Shown: positions 12,233 through 21,468 of the stretch, one piece after another
How positions within the stretch are numbered: the stretch's first letter is position 1
Layout of the letters: each line of letters begins with the position of its first letter
Assembly (NCBI GenBank): GCA_965228735.1
Contig: OZ245838.1
Coordinates: 2,336,001-2,400,000 of the forward strand
Direction of reading: 5' to 3'
Length of the DNA: 64,000 nucleotides
Source: Planctomycetota bacterium
Lineage (GTDB): Bacteria > Planctomycetota > UBA1135 > UBA2386
Translations under genes and position numbers: made by a program
Notes under the pieces: model-generated
What the model saw: only the letters and a program-made list of their open reading frames with translations
Databases searched by the model: none
Told to the model about the DNA's origin: nothing

Positions 12233-13039
12233 TCAGTCCCGCGTCACGAGATCGCCGGTGAGGATCTCGGCGACATCGAGCTGCTTGCAGCGACACGGCA
12301 CGTCCAGCAACGACGACAAGGACGGCGACGTGCGGCCGTCGTCGCTCGAGATCCACTCCTTGACGTAGGTGCCGTGCTGGCACTTGACGCGCAGCTCGAG
12401 CATGCCGGGTTCGCCGCGTTCGAGCTCGAGGATCTCGACATCGCGCTCGCGATCGAGGTCCGCCCGGCGATGCGCCACGCGCTGCGGCGTGCGCTGCACG
12501 ATCGTGCCGGCGAACGTCCGGACCCGCGCGAGCGCGTCGTCGCTGCACTCACCGTCGACGCTGACCCCGACGCGGTAGATCTTGTCGAAGTGCGTGTTCT
12601 TCCAGTAGACGACGCGCTCCCGCGCCACCCGCACGAACGGGTCGAGCTCGATCGCGCCGTCCGCGCGCTCCTCGATCTCGCGCCGCAGCTCCTCGAGATC
12701 GACCTCGGGGTTGCGCGCGCCGACGACCTCGTAGACGAACGGTCGACCGCGGCCGAGCATCAGCACGTCGATGTCCTCGCGCCCGGCGCCATGGAACTTG
12801 CCCGTCTTGGCCTGCATGCGCGGCAGCAGCCGCCGGCCGATGAGCTCCTGCACGGACTCCTTCGTCAGCTTGCCGAAGCCTTCGCAGTGTTCGCAATTCC
12901 GCCGCCGGCGACGATCGCCCTTGCACTTCGGGCAGTAGAAGATCGTCTGCGGCAGACCGCGCTTGAGCTTGCGATAGCGCGACTCCAGCCAGAGGTTGGT
13001 GCGCGGCGCGCTGCTTTGCTGCCGGGGGGCCTGATCCAT
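12233..13039 (-). CDS. pus10: Pus10-type tRNA pseudouridine(54/55) synthase, catalytic domain only
   Basis: RYRKLKRGLPQT, CxxC...CxxC insert, FHGAGREDIDVLMLGRGRPF (catalytic Asp), QRTPQRVAHRR, GTYVKE...GRTSPSL, LDV. Confidence 0.9.
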   Translation of the reverse strand: MDQAPRQQSSAPRTNLWLESRYRKLKRGLPQTIFYCPKCKGDRRRRRNCEHCEGFGKLTKESVQELIGRRLLPRMQAKTGKFHGAGREDIDVLMLGRGRPFVYEVVGARNPEVDLEELRREIEERADGAIELDPFVRVARERVVYWKNTHFDKIYRVGVSVDGECSDDALARVRTFAGTIVQRTPQRVAHRRADLDRERDVEILELERGEPGMLELRVKCQHGTYVKEWISSDDGRTSPSLSSLLDVPCRCKQLDVAEILTGDLVTRD

Positions 13040-13113
13040 GGTTGCCCCGCACTATTGAAAGGCCGGCGGCCGAGCGCAAGCCCGGAAGGCCCGTTTGCGG
13101 CCCGCGGGCTCGG

Positions 13114-13527
13114 CTACGCGTGCGTGCGCTGGCCGCGCTGCGCCGACGCCTTCTTCTCGCGGTCGGCGGCGCGCTCGAGGAAGCGGCCCACGAGACCGAA
13201 GAACTCCTTGAGGTCGAGCGGCGTCTGCAGGAACGAGTGGATGTTGAACTTGCTCTTGTCCGCCTGCATGTCCTTCACGCTGCGGGACGGCGTCATGACG
13301 AACAGCTCGGTGTGCGGATCGATGCCGCGCAGGTTGTGCAGCAGCTTGACCGTGTCCTTCTGCCGCGGATCGACGCCGAGGAACACGCAGCCGAAGCGCC
13401 GGCCGCGCATCATGTTGACCCCGGCCTGGCCGTGTCCGACCGTGACCTCGAAGTTCGGGAACTGCTCGAGGCCGACCTTGATCTGGTCACGAACGAGCGG
13501 GTTCTTCTCCACGAGCAGCACTTCCAT
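13114..13527 (-). CDS. stand-alone atypical (pseudo-)receiver domain protein
   Basis: Receiver-like pattern MEVLLVEKN...CVFLGV...LFVMT...SFLQTPLD, lacking the phospho-Asp and conserved Lys. Confidence 0.7.
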   Translation of the reverse strand: MEVLLVEKNPLVRDQIKVGLEQFPNFEVTVGHGQAGVNMMRGRRFGCVFLGVDPRQKDTVKLLHNLRGIDPHTELFVMTPSRSVKDMQADKSKFNIHSFLQTPLDLKEFFGLVGRFLERAADREKKASAQRGQRTHA

Positions 13528-13647
13528 GCCCCCGTTATCGGCAGCGCGGGCCGCGCACCTGACCCGTGCCGCTGCCCGCGGCGATCCGCCCATGGCATCG
13601 GCTGCAGCACTCTTGACTGCGGTCGCGTCGGACGGTTGTGTCTGGCC

Positions 13648-14646
13648 GTGAACTTCCTCGCGGGCGTCGACGAAGCCGGTCTCGGTCCGATCCTCGGGCC
13701 GCTCGTGGTCGCCGGCGTCGCGATGGCCGGGCCCGAGGGCGCCGACCCGTGGCAGGCCCTGCGCGGTCAGGTGTCACGCCGGAAACACGTGAAGGGCAAG
13801 GTCCGCGTCGCCGACAGCAAGAAGGTCAACCAGGGCCCGCACGGCTTCCTCCGGCTCGAGGAGACGGCGCTCGTGTTCTGGGCCGCGCACCACGGCGCCG
13901 TGCCCGCGACGCTGCGTGAGTTGCTCGCCTTGCTCGACGTGGACCTCGAAGCGCTGGCCCGGTGTCCGTGGTACGAGGACCTCGATCTCGAGCTGCCGTC
14001 GGCCGCCGACCCCGGCGTCGTCGAGCTGCGTGGCGACGTCGTCAAGCGGGCGCTCAAGCGCCGCGAGATCGAGCTGCTGGACCTCGCGGTTCGGCCGGTC
14101 GACGTCGAGGAGTGGAACGGGCTCATCCAGGACACCGACAACAAGAGCCGCGCCCACTTCCACGCCTACGCCGAGGTGCTCGGTCGCCTGCTCGCACGCG
14201 TGCCGGAACAGGAACAGGAGGCCGCGGCCTCGGCGGCCGGCGAGGCGACGGACCGTCCCCGACGACAGCTCATCGCCGACCGCTGCGGCGGCCGCATGCA
14301 TTACCGCGAGGACCTGCGCCGGCTGCGCCCGAAAGCGCGGGTCGACATCGTCACCGAACAGCCCGGCACGTCGACCTACCGCCTGCACGAGAACGGCGGC
14401 GAGACCCTCGTCACGTTCGCCGAACGCGGCGAGGACCGCGCGTTCCCGACCGCGCTCGCGAGCTGCCTCGCGAAGTATGTGCGCGAGCTCATGGTGCAGG
14501 TGCTCAACCGCTGGTTCTGTGCCCGCGTTCCCGGGCTCAAGCCGACGGCCGGCTACTACGTCGACGGCCACCGGTTCCTCGCCGACGTCGATCCGACCGT
14601 GCAGTCGGCCCAGCTGCCACGGCATCGTCTCGTCCGCGTCCGCTGA
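13648..14646 (+). CDS. divergent RNase HII/HIII-family protein
   Basis: AGVDEAGLGPILGPLVV, VADSKK, IADR, ALASCLAKYVRE, GY. GTG start at 13648. Confidence 0.8.
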   Translation: MNFLAGVDEAGLGPILGPLVVAGVAMAGPEGADPWQALRGQVSRRKHVKGKVRVADSKKVNQGPHGFLRLEETALVFWAAHHGAVPATLRELLALLDVDLEALARCPWYEDLDLELPSAADPGVVELRGDVVKRALKRREIELLDLAVRPVDVEEWNGLIQDTDNKSRAHFHAYAEVLGRLLARVPEQEQEAAASAAGEATDRPRRQLIADRCGGRMHYREDLRRLRPKARVDIVTEQPGTSTYRLHENGGETLVTFAERGEDRAFPTALASCLAKYVRELMVQVLNRWFCARVPGLKPTAGYYVDGHRFLADVDPTVQSAQLPRHRLVRVR

Positions 14647-14650
14647 GGGG

Positions 14651-15244
14651 TCAGCTGTCGTCGCGCGGGTCGTCCTGCCCGAGCTCCATCTCGCGCTGCA
14701 GGAACGCGCGCGCCGTGCGCCAGCCGCGTTCGACCGAGCGCAGCGACATGCCGAGCGCCTCGGCCGTCGCGGGGTTGTCGAGCCCGCCGAAGAACCGCAG
14801 TTCGACGAGCTGCGCGAGCTGCGGATCGACGTCCGCGAGCCGCTGCAGCGTCTCGTCGACCGCCAGCAGGCCCTCCACGTTCTCGTGCACGGCCAGGCCC
14901 TCGGCGTCGAGGTCGACCCGCTTGCCCTCGCCGCGCTTCTTCGCGCGCCGGGCGCGGGCGTGGTCGACGAGCACGTTGCGCATCGCGCGGGCGGCAACGC
15001 GCAGGAAGTGCGAGCGGTCGTTGAAGCTCGCGCCGGGCTCGACGAGCCGGACGTAGGCCTCGTTGAGCAACGCCGTGGCCTGCAGCGTGTGATCGGCGCG
15101 TTCGCGGCCGATCAAATTGCCGGCGATGCGGCGCAGTTCGTCGTAGACCAGCGGCAACAGCTCTTCGGCGGCCAGCTCGTCGCCATCGCTCGCGCGCTGC
15201 AGCAGGCGCGTCGTCTTGGCGCGGTCCTCGGTCGGACGGTCCAT
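14651..15244 (-). CDS. ECF sigma-70 factor, planctomycete-expanded type (TIGR02999-like)
   Basis: LLPLVYDELRRIA, HTLQATALLNEAYVRL, HFLRVAARAMRNVLVDHAR, LVELRFFGGL. Confidence 0.92.
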   Translation of the reverse strand: MDRPTEDRAKTTRLLQRASDGDELAAEELLPLVYDELRRIAGNLIGRERADHTLQATALLNEAYVRLVEPGASFNDRSHFLRVAARAMRNVLVDHARARRAKKRGEGKRVDLDAEGLAVHENVEGLLAVDETLQRLADVDPQLAQLVELRFFGGLDNPATAEALGMSLRSVERGWRTARAFLQREMELGQDDPRDDS

Positions 15245-15345
15245 CGGCCATGATTGTCACAAAGACGCGGCGAGCCGTCCAGATGCGACTCGCCGCGTCA
15301 GCGGGCAGTGTTCCTGCCGTATCCCCGTTCCCGAGAGTCCCGGTC

Positions 15346-16194
15346 CTACAGCGGCTTGAACGACCACTTGAGGCCGTTGATCGTCGCGGTGCCGCTGTTG
15401 AAGAAGTGCACCGAGCGGCCCGCCGGGACCGTGATCGGCACGGCCGTGCCGGTTTCGTGACCGGCGATCGTCGCGAGCACCGTGCCGTCATCGAGCCGGA
15501 TCTCGAGCACGCCGTTGCTGGCCTGCTTCTGGATGCAGACCAGCAGATTGAGCGGCGGGCGACCGGCCGGGTTGCTGACGATGGTCTTCTTGCGATTGTT
15601 CTTCTCCCAGTAGGAGTTCCGGCTGATCGAGATGCCGCTGTTGCCGCCGAACATGAACGCGACGTTCGCCGCGCCGCCGAAGTGCAGGCCGATGTTCGCG
15701 ACCGCGAGGTTGGTCGCGGCGACGTTGCCGACCGGATCCATGACGAGCCCCTGGAAACCGAGCTCGAGCCCGCTGAGCGCCGGGTCGGGCGGCAGCGGCA
15801 GCGGCAGCTGGGCCTGGCCGCCGGGCATCGGCAGCGCGTAGGAGCCGAGCGACAATCCCGGATCGAGGAAGATGTCGATCGGGTTGGGGCCGATCGGGAT
15901 CTCGAAGCCGGAGCCGGCCCAGCCGGAGATCGCGATGAAGCCGAAGTCGAAGCCCGGCGCGACGAGCTGCACGCTCGTCGTGGTGCCGAGCACCGGCGGC
16001 TGCCCGCCGACGAGCTCGACGACGCTGCTCGGCGACACCGCGCCCGAGCTATCGAACATGTGCAGCCAGTGCGAGCCGTCGTCGCCGCCCGTCGTCTGGG
16101 CGGCGGCGGTCGAGGCGAAGGTGCCGGCGAGCGCGCAGGTGATGGCGAAGAAGGTCGAGGAGGCGGAGAAGCCGCGGTTCGGGGAGATGGTCAT
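15346..16194 (-). CDS. hypothetical secreted protein
   Basis: Signal peptide ending AAAQ; beta-rich body. Start taken at MTISPNRG because the upstream frame runs through the repeat. Confidence 0.65.
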   Translation of the reverse strand: MTISPNRGFSASSTFFAITCALAGTFASTAAAQTTGGDDGSHWLHMFDSSGAVSPSSVVELVGGQPPVLGTTTSVQLVAPGFDFGFIAISGWAGSGFEIPIGPNPIDIFLDPGLSLGSYALPMPGGQAQLPLPLPPDPALSGLELGFQGLVMDPVGNVAATNLAVANIGLHFGGAANVAFMFGGNSGISISRNSYWEKNNRKKTIVSNPAGRPPLNLLVCIQKQASNGVLEIRLDDGTVLATIAGHETGTAVPITVPAGRSVHFFNSGTATINGLKWSFKPL

Positions 16195-16312
16195 CGTTTC
16201 GGTCCTGTGAGGTTGTCTGGTGTTCGCCGCGACCCGATCGGCCGCGGTCACACCAGGAACCGGGCGGACCTGCCGCCACCGGAACGAAAGCCCCAAAAAA
16301 GACCCGCCCGAG

Positions 16313-16429
16313 CTGGCGGTACCGAACCCGTTTCGAATCCGCCACCGCCCCAACGCCGCAATCGCCGCTCGAGTCTCCGCGTGGGGCGGTCACGGGGTGG
16401 CGGATTCGAAACGGGTTCGGTACAGCCAC
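16313..16429. repeat. REPIN-like inverted repeat, family A copy 2 (33-bp arms, 51-bp spacer)
   Basis: Arms 16313-16345 and 16397-16429 nearly identical to those at 1237-1353, same 117-bp total length, different spacer sequence. Confidence 0.9.
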
Positions 16430-16442
16430 GCCCGGGCGCGGG

Positions 16443-16925
16443 CTAGCCGTCGAAGCCCTCGTCCTCGGGCAGGTTCGGGGCGCTCGAGGCGGCGACCGCG
16501 AGTTCGTCGCAGCGGTCGTTCTCCTTGTCGCCCGAGTGGCCCTTGACCCAGCGCCACTCGATCTCGTGGTCCCCCATCGCGCGCAGCAGGCGGCGCCAGA
16601 GGTCCTGGTTCTTCACGGGCTGCTTGCTCGCGTTCTTCCAGCCCTTCTTCTGCCAGCCGTCGATCCAACGCTTGTTGATCGCGTCGATCACGTACTTGCT
16701 GTCGGAGAAGAGCACGATGTCACACGGCTCGCGCAGCGCCTCGAGGCCGACGATCGCGCCCAGCAATTCCATGCGGTTGTTGGTCGTCCGGCGGAAGCCC
16801 GCGGACAGCTCCTTCCGGTGCTCGCCGAAGAGCAGAACGGTGCCGTAACCGCCGGGCCCCGGGTTGCCGGAGCAGGCTCCGTCGCTGTAGATCGTGACGC
16901 GTTTCGGATTCTGCTTCTCTGGCAT
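16443..16925 (-). CDS. rnhA: ribonuclease HI
   Basis: IYSDGACSGNPGPGG, TTNNRMEL, SDSKY, VKNQDLW, WVKGHSG, ENDRCDELA. Confidence 0.97.
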   Translation of the reverse strand: MPEKQNPKRVTIYSDGACSGNPGPGGYGTVLLFGEHRKELSAGFRRTTNNRMELLGAIVGLEALREPCDIVLFSDSKYVIDAINKRWIDGWQKKGWKNASKQPVKNQDLWRRLLRAMGDHEIEWRWVKGHSGDKENDRCDELAVAASSAPNLPEDEGFDG

Positions 16926-17037
16926 CGGTGTCATCGAATACTCGGCGCGGGTTCTCGCGACAACTTCTGGCCGACCGAAGGTGGTGAGATAGGCTTCTGC
17001 GCCGTTCGCGCCCGCTCCTGCTTCCACGTCCCACGCG

Positions 17038-18024
17038 ATGCCGCTGATCTCCGTTGTCATTCCGGTCCTGAATGGCCGGCGCACGATCGGAGACTGCCTC
17101 GAGGCCGCGTTCGCATCGGACTTCGACGACTTCGAGGTCGTGGTCTGCGACGACGGTTCGACCGACGACACCGTCGAGATCATCAAGCGCTTCGACCGGG
17201 TCAAGCTGCTCGAACGCGAACACGGCGGCGCCGCGGCCGCGCGCAACGCGGGCGCCAGCGCGGCCAGCGGCGAGATCCTGTTCTTCATCGACGCCGACTG
17301 CCTGCTGCAGCCCGACGCCGTCCGGAACGCGGCCAAGGCGATGGCCGGCGTCGATCCGCTGACGGTCGTCGGCGGCACCTACACGCTGAGCGCGCCGGAG
17401 GAGAACTTCTTCGGCCAGTTCCAGACCGCGTTCATCCACCACAGCGAGACCAAGTACGTCGGCGCGCCCGACTACATCGCGTCACACGCGCTCGTGATCA
17501 AGAAGGCCACGTTCGACGCGACCGGCGGCTTCCCCGAGCAGTTCATGCCGATCATCGAGGACGTCGAGTACGCGCACCGGCTGCGGAAGACGGGGCACAA
17601 CCTCGTCATGGAGCCGTCGATCCTCGTCCGCCACGTGTTCTTCTTCTCGCTCTGGCGGTCGCTCAGGAACGCCTGGCGGAAGTCGCGGTTCTGGACGCGC
17701 TACTCGCTCCATAACAAGGACGTGTTCACCGATTCCGGCACGGCGTCCTTCGAGCTCAAGACCGCCACGGCCGTGCTTGGCGTATCCTTCACTTTGCTGG
17801 GGGTTTGGGCCGTCCTAGGGTACTCCTGGCTGCTCTGGCCGCTGCCCGTCCTGTGGGCCGCAAACCTGCTGGTCTCGTTCGGACTGCTGCGAGCGTTCTA
17901 TCGCGGCGGTGGGATCGGCCTGTTGGTCCCGGCCATGCTATATCTGTTCTTGCTCTATCCGGTGCCCGTCGGTCTCGGCGCGATCGTCGGAACGCTCGAA
18001 TATCCCCGCAAGGGAGTGCTCTAA
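17038..18024 (+). CDS. GT2-family glycosyltransferase with C-terminal TM helices
   Basis: ISVVIP, VCDDGSTD, AARNAG, FIDADC, IEDVEY. Confidence 0.88.
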   Translation: MPLISVVIPVLNGRRTIGDCLEAAFASDFDDFEVVVCDDGSTDDTVEIIKRFDRVKLLEREHGGAAAARNAGASAASGEILFFIDADCLLQPDAVRNAAKAMAGVDPLTVVGGTYTLSAPEENFFGQFQTAFIHHSETKYVGAPDYIASHALVIKKATFDATGGFPEQFMPIIEDVEYAHRLRKTGHNLVMEPSILVRHVFFFSLWRSLRNAWRKSRFWTRYSLHNKDVFTDSGTASFELKTATAVLGVSFTLLGVWAVLGYSWLLWPLPVLWAANLLVSFGLLRAFYRGGGIGLLVPAMLYLFLLYPVPVGLGAIVGTLEYPRKGVL

Positions 18025-18026
18025 AC

Positions 18027-19139
18027 TTGCCGTACTCGCCGCTACGCCACGTCGACTCGATCTTCCTCAAGCGGAAGCCGATCCACGTGACGTTCTTCGT
18101 CACCAAGATCTGCAACGCGGCGTGCCCGTTCTGCTTCTACATCTGGCGTGAGGACGGACCGGCGCCCGGTGAGCTGACGCTCCCGGAGATCGACCGGATG
18201 AGCAAGTCGCTGCCGAACCTCCTGTGGCTCTCGTTCTCCGGCGGCGAGATCTTCGTCCGCAAGGACTTCCCCGAGATCGTCGAGACGTTCTACAAGAACA
18301 ACAAGCCCGTCGTGATGCTGTTCCCGACCAACGGGATCATGACGAGCAAGATCGTCGACACGATGCGGCGGCTCTGCAAGTCGTGCCCGGACAGCCGGCT
18401 CGTCGCCAAGATCTCGCTCGACGGCCCGCCCGAGTATCACGACAAGATGCGCGTCGTGAAGGGTTGCTACGACAAGGCGATGGCGACCTACGAGGGCCTC
18501 GCCGACCTGCTCGAGGAGTTTCCCAACTTCGACCTCGGCGTCAACACCGTGCTCTGCGCGGACAACCAGGACCTCGTCGACGGCTTCATCGACACCGTCG
18601 CGGAGACGATGCCGCGCATCACGACGCACACCGTGTCGCTCGCGCGGGGCGACATGCCGAGCCCCGAGCTCAAGAACGTGCAGCTCGAGAAGTACAAGGC
18701 CGCCGTGCTCAAGCTCGAAGAGCGCGTCAAGAACCACGAGCTGCCGGTCTACCGCTTCCCCGGCGGCAAGTGGAAGGCCGCGCAGGACATCGTGCAGCGG
18801 CAGCTCATCTTCGACACCGCGCAGGCCGAGAAGCGTCTGTCCAACTGCTACGCGGGCACGCTCAACGTGGTCATCGGCGCCGACGGTGCGGTGCACCCGT
18901 GCGAGGAGTTCGAGATGCAGATGGGCAACGTCAAAGACCACGACTTCGACGTCATGAAGGTCCTCGACTCGCCGGAGGCCAAGCAGATCAAGGCCGACAT
19001 CAAGGCCTGGAAATGCCACTGCACGCACGAGTGTTTCATGATGACGAACACTCTGTTCAACCCGCGGATGATCCCGAAGATCGCCAAGGAATACGTCAAG
19101 CTCAAGCCGAAGCCGACGACGCCGGCGACGTCGAGCTGA
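18027..19139 (+). CDS. radical SAM protein with SPASM/twitch domain
   Basis: CNAACPFC (CxxxCxxC), SFSGGE, ISLDG, CYAG...DGAVHPCE, CHCTHEC. TTG start preceded by AGGGAG. Confidence 0.88.
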   Translation: MPYSPLRHVDSIFLKRKPIHVTFFVTKICNAACPFCFYIWREDGPAPGELTLPEIDRMSKSLPNLLWLSFSGGEIFVRKDFPEIVETFYKNNKPVVMLFPTNGIMTSKIVDTMRRLCKSCPDSRLVAKISLDGPPEYHDKMRVVKGCYDKAMATYEGLADLLEEFPNFDLGVNTVLCADNQDLVDGFIDTVAETMPRITTHTVSLARGDMPSPELKNVQLEKYKAAVLKLEERVKNHELPVYRFPGGKWKAAQDIVQRQLIFDTAQAEKRLSNCYAGTLNVVIGADGAVHPCEEFEMQMGNVKDHDFDVMKVLDSPEAKQIKADIKAWKCHCTHECFMMTNTLFNPRMIPKIAKEYVKLKPKPTTPATSS

Positions 19140-19173
19140 GCCGCAGAGCCTGACTCGGCGAGATCGGCCGCGG

Positions 19174-20109
19174 ATGACAGTCCCCCACGTCGACGCGCGC
19201 GTCATCGTCCGCCCGAGCGCCCAACACGGCTACCTGCCCGAGGGTCCGCGCGTATTGCCCGACGGCCGGCTGCTCTGGATCACGATCCAGTGCGGCAGGA
19301 CCGGTGAGCTGGCGCAGAGCGGCGTCGTGCACGTGCTCGACCTCGCGACCGGCCACGGCTCGGCGATGCCGGTTCCGGGCCGCCCCGGCTTCGCGCTGCC
19401 GAGCGACAGCCCGACCGTCGTGCTGCTCGGCATGGAACGCGCGGTCGGCTGGCTCGACCTCGAGTCCGGCGCGTTCGACCCGATCGTGGAGGGCATCGAC
19501 GACCACTGCGAGGGCACGATCATCAACGACGCCGAACCGTGCTCGCACGGCATCGTGTTCGGCACGAAGGACACGGCATTCCGCGATCACAAGGCCGGGC
19601 TCTACTTCCTGCGCCAGCGCGACAGCCGGCTCTTCCGCCTGCGCGACGACCAGCTCTGCAGCAACGGCAAGGTCGTGCGGGAGCTCCTCGACGGCCGCGT
19701 CGTGCTCTTCGACATCGACTCGCCGACCCGGCTCGTGCGCCGCTACGAGCTCGACGTCGAACGCGGCGTCCTGAGCGAGCCAAAGGTCGCGATCGATCTG
19801 ACTGCGGAACGCGCCGTGCCCGACGGGATGACCGAGGTCCCGCGCACGGACGACGTCGTGATCGCGATGTTCGATCCGGAGTTCGCCGCGTTCGGTCGGG
19901 CGCTGCGCTGTTCGCTGACGACGGGCGAGATCCGCGCCGAGTACCGCACACCGGGCGCGGCCCAGGTGACCTGCCCGGCATGGCTGCAGAGCCAGGAGGG
20001 CAGCTTCGTGCTGCTCACGACGGCGGCCGAGAACCTCACGCCCGAGCAGGCGCTGCGGCAGCCGAACGCCGGCTGCTTGTTCGTCGCAGCCGCGGACGAC
20101 TCGCCCTGA
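19174..20109 (+). CDS. SMP-30/gluconolactonase/LRE-family protein
   Basis: LPEGP, IND, SNG, PDGMT, VTCPAW motifs. Confidence 0.85.
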   Translation: MTVPHVDARVIVRPSAQHGYLPEGPRVLPDGRLLWITIQCGRTGELAQSGVVHVLDLATGHGSAMPVPGRPGFALPSDSPTVVLLGMERAVGWLDLESGAFDPIVEGIDDHCEGTIINDAEPCSHGIVFGTKDTAFRDHKAGLYFLRQRDSRLFRLRDDQLCSNGKVVRELLDGRVVLFDIDSPTRLVRRYELDVERGVLSEPKVAIDLTAERAVPDGMTEVPRTDDVVIAMFDPEFAAFGRALRCSLTTGEIRAEYRTPGAAQVTCPAWLQSQEGSFVLLTTAAENLTPEQALRQPNAGCLFVAAADDSP

Positions 20110-20130
20110 CGCCACGCGAACCGGGCCGGC

Positions 20131-21315
20131 CTACTCGACGGCCGGCAGCAGCTCGATCCACCGCCCGCCGCGCCAGGTGAAGAGCCCGAACCCGCCCGCG
20201 AACAGCCGGCCGTCGGGCATCTCCGCGAGACACTCGACCACCGTGTCGAGCTCGCCGATCGGCCGCCACACCGTGCCGTCGAAGCGATGCACGCCGGCGT
20301 TGGCCGTGCCGACCACCACGTTGCCGTCCGGCTGCCGGATCACGCACGTGAGGATCTCGTCGAGCCCGGCGTGCAGCGGCGCCCAGGCCTTCCCCGTCCA
20401 GCGCGCGACGTTGGTGCAGGCGAGCCCACCCGCGTGGTCGAACGTGCCGATGACGACGAACGCGCCGCCGCCGACCGGCACCGCGGCCCGCACCTCGCCG
20501 TCGACACCGAGGCCGAGCGGGTGCCAGTTCTCACCATCCCAGCGCGCGACGTTGTTCGCCCGCACCTGACCCGCGAGCTCGAACTCGCCCATCGCGACCA
20601 CGGCCCCGTCACCGAGCGCGATGCACCCGAGGACCCGACCCTCGATGCCGCGACCGAGCGGCCGCCAGCGACCCGGAGTTCCCGTCACGGCGGTCGCGAT
20701 CACGGCGTTGCCGGTTGCGGCAGGGTCGGCGCCCACATCCACGCCAGGGTCCACGACTCGCGGCTCGAATCGCGCGAGGTTGACCGCGCGCTCGACACCC
20801 GCGTACTCGAACGAGCCGCCGATATGGAGCACGCCGCGCTGCGCGCCGCGACCAACGGCGAGCGTAGAGACGAAGCGAAACGCCTCGTCGTCGATCCCCG
20901 CGCCGAACGCGTGCCACCGCGTCCCGTCCCAGCGCGCGACTCGCCAGGCCGGCACCCCGCCCGCCTGCGCGAACGCCCCCGCCACCACGAGATCACCGGT
21001 CGGCAGCACGTCGACGGCGCGCACCGAGCCGTCGAGTCCGCGGCCGAGCTCCCGCCAGGTCCCGGTCTCGGGATCGAACAGCCCGATGTAGTTCTGCAGC
21101 GGATTGCCCGGCCACGGCGACCGACCGGCGACCGCGAGCACCGGGTTCTTCGGCCCCGCACCATCGGGATCCCACGGCGTCATCGCGGTGACCTCGGTGA
21201 TCCGGAACTCCTCTTCCTCCTGCGCCACGACCCGCTCGGCCGAAGCGCCGAGTGCGGCGAGGAGAGCGGTTGCCCGGACGAGCAGCCGAGCCTGCAAGAG
21301 AGGACCGTCGAACAT
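20131..21315 (-). CDS. secreted beta-propeller repeat protein
   Basis: Signal peptide; repeats G-x-F...GV.A.NVARWDG..W..LG.G.DG.V. Confidence 0.75.
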   Translation of the reverse strand: MFDGPLLQARLLVRATALLAALGASAERVVAQEEEEFRITEVTAMTPWDPDGAGPKNPVLAVAGRSPWPGNPLQNYIGLFDPETGTWRELGRGLDGSVRAVDVLPTGDLVVAGAFAQAGGVPAWRVARWDGTRWHAFGAGIDDEAFRFVSTLAVGRGAQRGVLHIGGSFEYAGVERAVNLARFEPRVVDPGVDVGADPAATGNAVIATAVTGTPGRWRPLGRGIEGRVLGCIALGDGAVVAMGEFELAGQVRANNVARWDGENWHPLGLGVDGEVRAAVPVGGGAFVVIGTFDHAGGLACTNVARWTGKAWAPLHAGLDEILTCVIRQPDGNVVVGTANAGVHRFDGTVWRPIGELDTVVECLAEMPDGRLFAGGFGLFTWRGGRWIELLPAVE

Positions 21316-21468
21316 CGGCGATCGAGCAACCTAGAGCACGACCGCGCCGCACACAATCCGCGCGCGGCGATCGGCGCATCGGCAACGGTCGACACCGTCC
21401 GCGCGATCGTCGACGATGCGCCCGTGGCAAGCATCTCAGCGAGCGAGACACCGGTGCCCGGAGCCACG

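Noticed and set aside
17038..19139. Mycofactocin/RiPP cluster (MftC/MftF-like)
   Set aside because: No precursor peptide or RRE/PqqD chaperone gene nearby.
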